Shown here piece after piece: positions 45,096 through 55,448 of a DNA stretch of 64,000 nucleotides. The notes beneath the pieces are model-generated. The model was not told the origin of the DNA. It saw only the letters and a program-made list of their open reading frames with translations, and did not search any database. The position numbers were made by a program, and so were the translations under genes. The stretch is from Camelus dromedarius (lineage: Eukaryota). The first letter of the stretch is position 1; each line of letters begins with the position of its first letter. The stretch covers positions 27,776,001-27,840,000 of the forward strand of contig NC_087451.1 of the NCBI RefSeq assembly GCF_036321535.1, in the 5' to 3' direction.

Positions 45096-47849
45096 GCCTC
45101 TGGGCAGCGGCCTCCCACGTCTGGCTGGGGTGGCACCGTCAGGACAAGGAGGTCCTCGTGTGCGCACGCTCCTCTGGGGGCTGCTGAGTGGCAGAGAAGC
45201 AGGGTCTGTGCAGGGACCCCCAGGAGTGAGGAGGCCTGGCTGGATGCCATCGTGACCAGCAGGGTGTCCTGCTCCCCTAAAACCACCCCTCTGAACCTCC
45301 AGGTCCTACTGATGAAGTGGGGACCCCAGAAGTAGTCACTCTGCCAGTGATGGGCTGAGGGTCTGGCCTGTGCCTGGGGGTCCTGCCCAGGGGCGTGGGG
45401 GCTGTGCCATCTCCCCTGAGTGGAGCTGGCTTTCACGGACTGTGGCTGTCTGTCTGGGGGCCCTGACACCCCGGGGCCCCTCCTCTCTGTGTTAGTGGCA
45501 GCCACAATCTTACTGGTCCCAAAGCTGTCAGAAGACTGGGGGCAGAGGAGCCAGAGTGGAGAGGTCTCTTGGGTGAGTAGCCCCCAGGCGGGTGAAGGAC
45601 AAAGGGCAGTTCAGGAGTCCGCAGCCCTTGGATCACCCAAGGGGCCTTATCTCTAGATTCTTATCAAACAGTTGGATCTGTTGCCCGGCCCTCTTCCTCC
45701 TAGGCCACTGAGCCAGCAGGTAAAGAGCACTGGCCCAGTGGCTAGAGGAGGGCAAGGGAGGGGCAGGTTCGGGGGACAGGCAGCCTGAGTGGCCTGTGGC
45801 TCTGGGGGCAGGGTTGGGGGAGTGGGATGAGGGCTGGCTGGGGTGGAGCAGGCAGGCAGGGGATGTAGGGAGGAAGGACACTGCCCAGTAAGTTCTCCCC
45901 TGCCCCGAGGCCCTGCAGTTGGATGCGGGCAGAGGATGAAACTGCAAGGATAGCTGGGTGAGGAGTTCCAAGGCAAAATGTCAGCCCCTCAGAGCCCACG
46001 CATACGCGTGGTGGCCAGGGCAAGCCTGGCTGGGCCTCAGCTTTCCCATCCGAAAAGTAGGAGTTCACCTTGCCGACTTTCTGGGGCTGTTAGAAGCCAA
46101 TGAGCCCAGGTGCACAGAGGGTGGGCAGGGCCACACCTGGGGTAGCCTGCCTTCCAGTGAGGGGTCAGCTAGTCTCGGAACCCCAAGGAGAAGCAGACTC
46201 CTGGGATAGAGGAGAGAGAGGGATGGGTGCCCTGGGGCCCCATCTTCACTGCCCCTCCCAGACCTTTTTCACTCCCTACTCTGACGCCTGGTCTGGCAGG
46301 TGGGGTTGAGAATCCTTGAAGATCCACTCCTCCAGCTCAGCACTTGTAGATCACAGGCTGGGTACCCCGGCTGGAGGCACCCTTAGCCCCAGGTCCCTAG
46401 GGGTCAGGGCCTCAGCATCCCCTCCAGTACAAGAGGCTGAGGGTGGTCAGACGTGGAGTCCTCTATGCCTTCCAGGGGAGTGCAGGCAAGGGGAGTTCTA
46501 GACCCTTCTCTGAATTGGGGGTGGGCAGAGCGTGGGGGTGTGGAGGGATTCTCTGCTGTGCAAGGCTGAGGTTCTGGGGTCCCCACCCTGGGCACCCAGG
46601 CATGAGGCTGGCCCCACAGGAAAGGCTGACATCGTGGGGCCCAGTTCTGGTCCTGGGACCAAGGGCAAATAATTTAACTTCTCAGAACCTGGGTTTTCCC
46701 AGGAAGTGGGGCTCCCTGTCTCCCCATCATGCAGGAGGAGATGAGCTGAGCTTTGCCACTTGAAGGGAGGGACAGACTCCTGTGTCCAGGTTCCCTCTCT
46801 ACTGTGGGGGACACTGAAATCCCAGAGGCAACCTGTCAGCCCTGGGGATAAATATTTGTGGAATGAATGAGAGGACAGAAACCGGGATGCGGGGGTGCCC
46901 TGGCTCTGAGGCACCCATTGGCGGGGGCAGCAGGGCTCCTGTTTCCACCTTATTACCCTCCTGGCACAAGCAAGCAGAGCAGGTGGGGGTGGGGAACTAC
47001 TGGCCAGGGACCAAGCCTTCTCCTTTCCCGGACCTGGACCCTCTTGGCCTAAACTGAGCCCGCAGATAGCCCAGGGTTGGAGGGAGATCCCAGCAAGGTG
47101 GTCCCAGCACAGGGGACAGAGGCCCTGGTGCCAGTGTCTGAGGATGAGCCTTCCCCCAGTCCCCAGCTCCCCTCTTCTTCCCAGCCCTCCCCCTCCCCCA
47201 CAAGGGCTGGGCTGGCACGTATTCTGCCCCTTGCCTGGCAGAACACACCTCTCCTGGGTGCTCAGAGCTCAGCTGTTTGCCCAATTTCCCCCGGGGTGCC
47301 GGGGGCGGGGGGGAACTCCCAGACCTGGAGCTGGGGGAGGGGCCCTGAGGGATGGGTGGGTGGCCCATGGACCAGGAGAGGCCGGCACTGGTCACCCCAG
47401 CTCCTCCCAGGATCTGAGTGGGTGGGGTTGAGGCCTCCCAGCCTCCGAAGGGGAAGGGGTGGGTGTTTTTTGTGAAACCAGAGCAAGTAGCAGAAGGTCA
47501 CGGCCCCAGCGCGGGATCAGGGGCCATAGGCTGTTGACAAAGCCTGATTCCTGCGTCCTTCCCCCACGGAGTGGGGGCAGGGCGGGCCTGGCTGTGGGCC
47601 AGGGTGCCACTGCCCCACCAACCCTCATTCCCCACTACAGGATGGAAAATAGCCCTGCGGATGCGGGTGCTCAGACCTCAGGGGTCAGTCAGTCAGTTTC
47701 CCAGTCCAAAAGTGGGAATCGGGGCCGCTGCAGAGGAGGGAGCAGCCAGGGCAGTGACCCACCCGCGCCGCGGGTCAAAGTGCCAAGTGTAAGCAGAGCA
47801 GGCTGGGTGCTGAAACCCCTAGGCCCCTCCGGGGAAACCGGGGTAACTA

Positions 47850-48960
47850 GGATACTGCTGGGGAGCTTTGGGGAGCAGGAGCCCGCGGGAGGGAAGCAGG
47901 ATTGTCCAGGTCCCCACGCCTCCGGGGGTGTCTCTGCGGTTCTGTATATGCGCCCGCGGTGGGGGGAAAGTGGGGTGCTGGAGGGAAGAGTCAGGAGCGG
48001 AGAGGGACAGCAGGACAGAGCCCTGGCGGCCACAGACACCCCCACCTCTCTCCTGGGAACGCGCTCCTCGGGAAGGAGAGGACGGAGGAAACGCTGAGAC
48101 CCCCAGCCTTCCTGACAGTGCACGACCGGGCGGACCGTCCGAGCCGGAAGGGCGCATCCTGGGGCTGGGAACGCGACGTCCGACGGAGGTGAGGGGGGCG
48201 ACAGCCCGGGCCCGAGAACGCCCGCCTGCGACGGGGGTCCGCGCCGGCCAGTCCCGCGCTCCCGCCTTTGGCCCCGGGCCGCGCCCGCCCGGCTGCCCCT
48301 GCCGGGTCGGCTCCGAGAACGTGCCCTCGGGGCTGGGCGCAGGTGCTCACCGCGCGCCCTCGCGGCCGCTCCGCGCTCCCCGCCGTCCTCGGCGCGCTCC
48401 GGTCCGGGGCCGGCGGCCGCTCGTCTCCGCGGCGCTGCCGGATCAGGGTCGGCGCCGGCTCCGCGCAAACTTTCCGGCGGCGACGCTGGGCGGGGGCGGC
48501 GGCGGAGGGGGCGGGGACGGGGGCGGCCCGCGGGGCAGCGGCGGCCGAGGGTCCCCCGCCCGCCCCTCTGCGCGCCTCGGTCCTCCCGCCGCGCCGCGGG
48601 GAGCGACTCCGGGCCCCGGAGCCCCTGCCGCGGGCCCCACCCGCGCCTCTGTGCCGGACACCTGCGACTCCGTCCGCGAAGACTCCTGCCCCATGGACCC
48701 CGCCCCATAGCCCCCGCCCTGGGGACCCGCGTCCGGCAGACTGCGGCTCCCAGCGGGGACAGGAGCCGGGGATGGACAGGTGGGGTGCGCAGCGGGCGCG
48801 CGGCCGTGGGTGGGGGCTGCGGCTCCGCACCCCTTCGTCTCGCTCCCTCTGCGTTCCCAGGCCCTCAGCGCTTCTTTCCCAGGTGCCACGCCAATTGTTG
48901 GGAAGACTGACCACTCCCCGCCTCCCCGCACCGTGGTTCCGGAGTGACCCTTCCACCGCG
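47850..48960. promoter_or_regulatory. CpG island, GCGR promoter
   Basis: CpG-dense, contains GC boxes and the GCGR first exon. Confidence 0.85.
48351..48475 (-). other. GCGR: GCGR non-coding exon 1 (5' end approximate)
   Basis: Minus strand gatccggcagcgccgcggagacgagcgg...gaggacggcggggagc resembles the recalled human exon 1; donor GCG|gtgagc (intron starts at 48350). Exon 2 probably begins at 45305 (cagtag|gacc). Confidence 0.75.
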
Positions 48961-51419
48961 CCAGAGCAGGCTGGACTGGAGTCCGGGGCCAAGGCCCTGC
49001 ACTGGCTGAGCCGAGGCCAGGCAGGGAAGAAAGATCCCCGAGGTGCCCCTTTAACCCTAGGTTCCGCCTGCCCCGGGTCATCTCCCTTAATCCCCCTTCA
49101 GCACCCTTCACCCAACACCTCCACGCGTCCCTCCTGTCCCCTGCTGGCTGGCACCCCCACCGCTCCTCCTCCGAAGGGCCTGTTGCAAGGGGTCGCTCAG
49201 TCGTTTCCCAGACTCCTGCTCCCAGACTCACCATCAGGAGGACATCCTAGCCTCCCACGCCACGTCTGAAGCCAGCGTCTCAGCCCCTGTTCTAGGACCC
49301 CTTCTCTTCCTCACCTGCCACCTGTCCCCCCTTAACAGGCACACCCTAGCAGTCCTTGCTCAGCCCCCAGTGACCTCAGGGTCACCAAACCCTGTGGACA
49401 CTTTGGGGCCTCATCTTTCCCGGCCTTTCAATTTCCCGGGACACACGTGGTCAAGCACTCCTTCTGGAAAGTTCTCTCATGGCTATGGCTTCCAGGCTGG
49501 CACCCCCACCACTTCCTCTCTTCAGAGAGTTCCCAGTGTTCCACCGCCACATGCCCAGGGCCCCACCGGATCCCTTTCCCCTGACCCGCTCCCACCTCCT
49601 GGACGCACTTCCCCTGCCCACCCACCTGCTAGACACCTGCCAGGGTTCCTGAGGTCTCCAGGGCATCACCACATGCTAATTCACCCTGTCGCGTTTCTCT
49701 GGAATCCATCTGGGCCTCCTTTCCGCTGTCAACCACCATCTGGGCCACCATCACCTTGGGGTGCCCTTCCCAGCCCGCTGGGTCAGCTCTTTTGTTAGGT
49801 GCTGCCCTTTGTCTTGGGGGCCCTTCTCCCGACTCTGCTTCTACTTCAGGGGGACATTGGGACCGGTAATCCCCCGCCATCCACAGCTCTCCCGCCCTCC
49901 AGCCCCAAGAGCAGAGCTGCAGCTGGCCCCAGGGCCCGCGAGATGCCCCAGGTAACTCCTGCTCTGTCAGCTGGCCTCCGCACGCCTGCCCTGCCACTGT
50001 CTGAAGGCCCCAGAGAAGGGCGCTCCTGGGGTGCCCTCAGACCTCCATTCTTACCAGGCCTCCTGAAGCCCTGCCCTCAGAGCAGCCTTTCTGTCTTGGT
50101 TTCTGCACAGGCTGGAGGCAAAGGACAGAGGCAAATGTCAGAGGCAAAGGTCAGAAGGTCTGGTGCTGCTTGCAAAGACTGTCCGTGCAGGTGCTGGGGG
50201 AGGGCAGCCTTCGAGGCTGGTGCCCAAAGACCCCCATTCCCCCTCTTCTCCCCTCCCCTGCCCCCCTCCTCCAGCTCTCCCCCCACCTCTCTGGGAGAGA
50301 GGCAGCACCCATCTGGGTAGGTGCCTGCGACTCTCCCCGTGGCTGTGATCTTGGGCCACTCTGGCCTGTGAGGGGGGGACTGGGACTGCTCTGGGGGGCT
50401 GTGAGGATCGGAGAGATGCTCCTGGTTCTTCATGCAGATGGGGTGGATCTGGGCAGTTGGGAGGGTCCTCCCGGCTGTGTCATCTTCAGAAAGGCCCTTC
50501 CCTCTCTGGACCTTGTTTTCCTGAGGACGTTTGGGTTGGGTGGAGGCCCAGCAGTCTAGGGTAGGCACTGGGAGGCTGAGCTGGGTTCCAGGATGGAAGA
50601 GGTGTGACAGGACACACATGGAGTGTTTGAAATGTGTGGAAAACATACCTGAGATGTGTGGACACAGTGGGGAGTGGAGGGGGAGGAACAGATGGGGTGG
50701 GGGCCCCTCCCTGCGCTGGGCCCCCTCTGTGTACATTAAGTGAATTCATAAGACGTAAACAGTGGGAAGTGGGACTGGAGGGGCTGGCCTCCTCACGGAG
50801 CACAGGACACCTGTGGACCGAAGAAGGGGCCGGTCCACCACCGAGTCCCCAGGGGTCCCGATGGGGGCGGCACCCCCTGGAAGTGTGCCGGCCCCTGGGT
50901 CCAGGGCAGGCCCGGGTGAGGGGGCTGCCGTCTGCCTGCTTCTCCCCCAAGGTACGGGGGTGCTCTCTGCCTGTCTGTGCGGTGGGCTCCAGAGGGAGAA
51001 CCAGCAGGGCTCAGTTTAGGCATCTGATCGAGTGTTGCGAGCTGGTACTGCCCATGAGGCCCGGTGTCTGCCTGCCTGCCTGCCTGCCTGCTGCTCAAGT
51101 TCTGGTGGGAGATGACAGGTGGCCGAGAAAGGAGTGGCCAGGCTGAGTGGCGCTGGGCAGAACCCCAGGGCAGAGGGACCCGGGGTTGGGGAGGGAGCGC
51201 CAGGGCCCAGAAACTGCGGGGCTGCAGGTAAGGAGGCTGGAGTGGCTGTTGGCATCACAGGGCCTGTTTACTACGCGTTGGCAGTGTGTTGCTTTTGGTA
51301 GAGCTTTGCGTCCAGCTTTTCTCAGCACAGCTGGTGACATAAGCATTCATTTCCCCATCTTAATAACAGGTCCTCTAAGCACCTTGGGCACTTGGTATTG
51401 CTTTGGGTTTTTTTTTGGC

Positions 51420-52330
51420 AAATTTTTCTTTTAATTAATAGACTTTTTTAGAGCAGTTTCAGGTTCACAGCAGAATTGAGCAGAAAATACAGAGAGCTGG
51501 GCACTGGGTCTACGAGGCTTTCCTCAACCGCTCACAGGCCACAGCAATCAAAAAAGGGTGCAGCCAAAGGCCCATGGCATGGGCACCAAGCTGCATCCTG
51601 GTGCCTCGCTCGGACATAGGAGAGACCGAGAGCCAGCGGAAGAGCGGACACGGGAGGAAACAGCAAGTGGGGGCCAGGAGAAAGCTGCAGAGACGCTCTC
51701 ACCACTGGGATCGCCTCGGACAGGAAAAGACAAGGCACCCATGAGACCCACTTCGGAAAGCAGGCGGAGAACAAGAAAGAGTCCTTCTGAGTCCAAAATA
51801 TAGTATCTGAAAAAATTTAAACTTAATAGAAGGGTTGGAAGAATGAGCTGAGGAACTCTCACAGAAGAAAGAACAAACATCTGAGAGACAGAAACCGGGG
51901 AAGAGAAGATGAGAGATGGTGGAGGGTCTCTGTGGAAGGTCTAGTGCTTGAGGGACAGAGGTTCCAGAAAGAGCCAGAGGACCAGTGTGAAGAAATAGTA
52001 CAGGGCTCTTCCTAGAACCTCCGTAGTGGAAGAGCTGCCAAGCTCCCAGCACAATAAAAACTGCAAACCAAGGAACGGATTCAAAAACCCCACGATGTTG
52101 CATCGTTGTGAAATTTCAGTGTCATCAGGAGAAGGAGAAGATACTGGGGGTTTCTAGAAAGCAAACCTCGGTCTCCCGGAGATGGGCAGGCACCAGAGGA
52201 CTCGGCTTGCCTCCCACGAGGCCCATCTTAAGAAGCTCCAGGGCTGAGCCTCCCAGCACAGAGCGGGGCGCCATCCAGTCAAGAAGACATTGGATTTTGA
52301 AGGCTCAGCACAAAAACGGAACGGGAGGTA
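51420..52330. mobile_element. Old LINE-1 fragments (3' end on minus at about 51420-51500; ORF1-like on plus at about 51760-52330)
   Basis: ttttagagcagtttcaggttcacagcagaattgagcagaaaatacagagag; gttccagaaagag...gaagaaatag...ttgtgaaatttcag. Confidence 0.6.
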
Positions 52331-52824
52331 TCTCATGAATCACGTGTGCTGCTCCCAGCACAAATCAGGACTTGCATCCATTCCTCCAGCGCACGTTCAT
52401 GAGCCCCCTCTTTGTGCCAGGTGCCGTCCTGGGCGCTGGGACGCGGAAGGCAGCGGACGCCTCAGTGGAGACCGAGGACCCCGCAGGTGGGTGTGCCCTT
52501 AGGGCGACGGGCTGTGCTGAGCACCCGGAGGAGGTACGACGGCGGGGGGGGGCGGCGGTGAGAGAGTGGAGACCGTGGCCCTCTGGGGTCTTTTCCTTTT
52601 CCTTGCCCACCCCGCCCCCCACGCCGCCCACTGCCCCGCACTGGGTGTTTCTACCCCGGTTACACGTGAGTGACTGTGGAGACGACGCCTGAGGTCTGTG
52701 GCAGGCGTGCTCTCAAGGCACAGCGCTGATGATATATCTGCCAGCAGCTGCTCTTCTGCTCAACATTGTGCTTTGGGGCTGGGTTCATGCTGACTGGATG
52801 GCTCTTGTTCGTTGGGTTTCTTTT

Positions 52825-52930
52825 AGTTTCTTTTTTGTTTGTTTGTTTTTTTAATAGAGTTGCTGGAAATTGAACCCAGGATCTCCTGCATGCTAAGCAT
52901 GTGCTCTGCCACTGAGCTACACCCTCCTCC
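52825..52930 (-). mobile_element. tRNA-derived SINE
   Basis: T-rich tail followed by attgaacccaggatctcctgcatgctaagcatgtgctctgccactgagctacaccc. Confidence 0.85.
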
Positions 52931-52944
52931 TCTCTGGTTCGTCG

Positions 52945-53108
52945 ATTTTTTTGTTTTGTTTTCTTTTGTTTTTTAATTTTTATTATTTTGGGGTTTTTTT
53001 TTTGGAGGGGGGAAGTGACTAGGTTTGTCTGTTTAATGGCGGCACTGGGGATTGAACCCAGGACTTTGTGCACGCTGAGCACATGCTACCTCTGAGCTGT
53101 GTCCTCCC
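52945..53108 (-). mobile_element. tRNA-derived SINE
   Basis: T-rich tail followed by ggcactggggattgaacccaggactttgtgcacgctgagcac...ctgagctg. Confidence 0.8.
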
Positions 53109-53241
53109 CACCCCTGCTGTGGTTTTCATCGTCGTTTCCTTGGTAACTAATGATGGTCAGCATCTCTTCATGGGTTCTTTGCTGTCTGTCTTCTTTTATA
53201 AATCACCTGTTCCAATCTCTCATTAAAAATTGGCTTTTTTA

Positions 53242-53400
53242 GGGAGAGGGTATAGCTTAAGTAGCAGAGCACATGCATAACTGCTTTAGGTCCTGGGTTC
53301 CATTCCCAGTACTTCCTCCAAGAATAAATAATTAAATCTAATTACCTCCCCCCAAAAAATTATTTTAAAAAAGACCTAATGATCTCCCTCCCCAAAAAAC
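53242..53400 (+). mobile_element. tRNA-derived SINE
   Basis: gggagagggtatagcttaagtagcagagcac...gtcctgggttccattcccagtac followed by an A-rich tail (aataaataattaaatctaattacctcccc). Confidence 0.8.
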
Positions 53401-53419
53401 TGACTTTTAAAATTTTTTG

Positions 53420-55330
53420 TATTTTTTAATAATTTTTTTAAAGTACAGTCAGTTACAGTGTGTCAGTTTCTGGTGCACAGCACAATGTCCCAGTCTTGCG
53501 TGTACACACATACATTTGTTTTCATATTTTTTTCCCTTAAAGATTATTACAAGATATTGAATATAGTTCCCTATGCTGTACAGCACAAATTTGTTTTATA
53601 TCTATTTTTATATATAGTGATTAAAAAAATAGGCTTTTAAAAATTACTTCTACATTCCGAGATGAGTCCTTCACAAGATAACGCATTTTGTAAGTATTTT
53701 CTCCCATTCAGTGGCTTGCTCTCCCGTTTTCTTAATGGCTTTTCAGAGAGAGCAGACGTTTTTAATTTTGATGAAGTCCGAATATCAAACTTTTCCGTCA
53801 TGTAAATCTAACCAAGGAAGTGAAAGGCTTATACATGGAAAACTATAAAAAACTGATTAAGGAAATTAAAGAAGACTTTAAAAAATGGAAAGATTTCCCA
53901 TGCTCCTAGATTGGAAGAATCAGTATTGTTAAAATGGTCAGGAGCACTAACTTGGTGCACACTGCACAGCGGGAGATGCCTTCAGTCGCTCCAGCATCAT
54001 TTACTGAAAAGACTATCCTTGCTTCACCGAATTACTCCAGCACCTTTGACTGTAAACGCCATGTCTCTCTCTGGACTCTGATCTGTCCATGTTTATGCCG
54101 GTGCTGTGTGTAGCCTCTTGGTTACCTAGCTTTACAGCTAAGTCTTCGAATCAGGTAATAGGACTTCAACTTTATTCTTTTCCAAAGATGTTTTGGAATT
54201 TGAATATTAAAATCAGTTTGCCAACTACTACTTAAAAAAGCCTCCTAAGATTCTGATCGAATTTCAGTCGAATCTATACATTAATCTGGGGGGAAAAGAC
54301 ATCTTAACATTGAATCTTCCTGTCCGTGAACAAGGGGTATCTCTTCACTTATTCGAGTCTTCCTGAATTTCTCTCAGCAATGTTTGGTACTTTCCAGTAC
54401 GCAAATCTTATATATGTTTTTGTAAGGGACAGCATTTCATGATTTTTGATGCTATGGTCAATGGTCATTTTGTAAAATTTCTGTTTCCAGTTGCTCGTTG
54501 CTAGTCTGTAGAAATGCAATTGATGTATTTGTATATTGGTTTTGTAACCTATGACTTTGCTAAGCCCCTTTATTAATTCTCCTTGGGTTTGTAGGGTCTT
54601 TAGGTTTTTCTACAAAGAGGACTGTGCAGTCTGTGAGAAGGGACGTTCCTTCCTTTACGAGCTGTCTGCCTTTTACTCACTGTTCAGTGACTGATCGTGT
54701 GGGTCGTGACCTGCAGGACAACGTTCAGAAGAAGCGGCAAGAGCTGATACTCCTGCCTTAGTCCCAGTCTTTGCGGGAAGAGCATCCCATTTCCCACCAG
54801 TAAGTATGACGTCATCCACAGGGTTTTCAGAGATGCTCTTAATTGATTTGAGAATGTTTCTGTTCATCCTCAGTTTGCTGGAGGGTCTTTTTTCAATCAC
54901 GAATGGGTGTTGAGTTTTTTCGGATGTCTTTTCTTTCTTATGAGCTGATCTTTGCGTTTGTCTCCCTTAGTCTGTTGCTGCGGCGGGTTATGCTGGTTTT
55001 CAGTTGTTGTTCCAGCCTTGAATTCCCAGAATACGCTTCACTCGGTCATGAAATGTTATCCTTTTTATATATTTCTGGGTTCGATTTGCTAAAATTTTAT
55101 TAAGGATTTTGGCATCTGTGTTTATCGAGGATGTTAGTGTGTAATTTTATTTTCTGGTAATAAGAATATTGTCTGGCCATGGCTTCAGGATGATGCTGGC
55201 TCCATCGAATGAGCTGAAATGACTCCTTCCTCTTCTATTTCCTGGGAGTCTGTACGGAGCCGGTGTTACTGCCTCCTCAGATGTTGGGAGAGGTCACTGG
55301 GCTGGGAGCTGTCTTTTTGTGGGAAGGCTT
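53420..55330 (-). mobile_element. LINE-1 remnants (younger 3' end at about 53430-53640, older ORF2 segments beyond)
   Basis: gatattgaatatagttccctatgctgtacagca; ccagcatcatttactgaaaagactatcc; ggtaataggacttcaactttattc; tgatttgctaaaattttattaaggatttt. Confidence 0.75.
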
Positions 55331-55360
55331 TTAACTGCAAATTCAATTTTTTTAAGAAAC

Positions 55361-55448
55361 TTTTCTTTTTTTTTTTCCATTGGAGGTACTGGGAGCTAAC
55401 CCAGGACCTTGTGCTAAACACGCACCCTGCCACTGAGCTGCACGCCCC
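55361..55448 (-). mobile_element. tRNA-derived SINE (degenerate)
   Basis: T-tract followed by ggaggtactgggagctaacccaggaccttgtgct...ccactgagctgcacgcccc. Confidence 0.75.
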
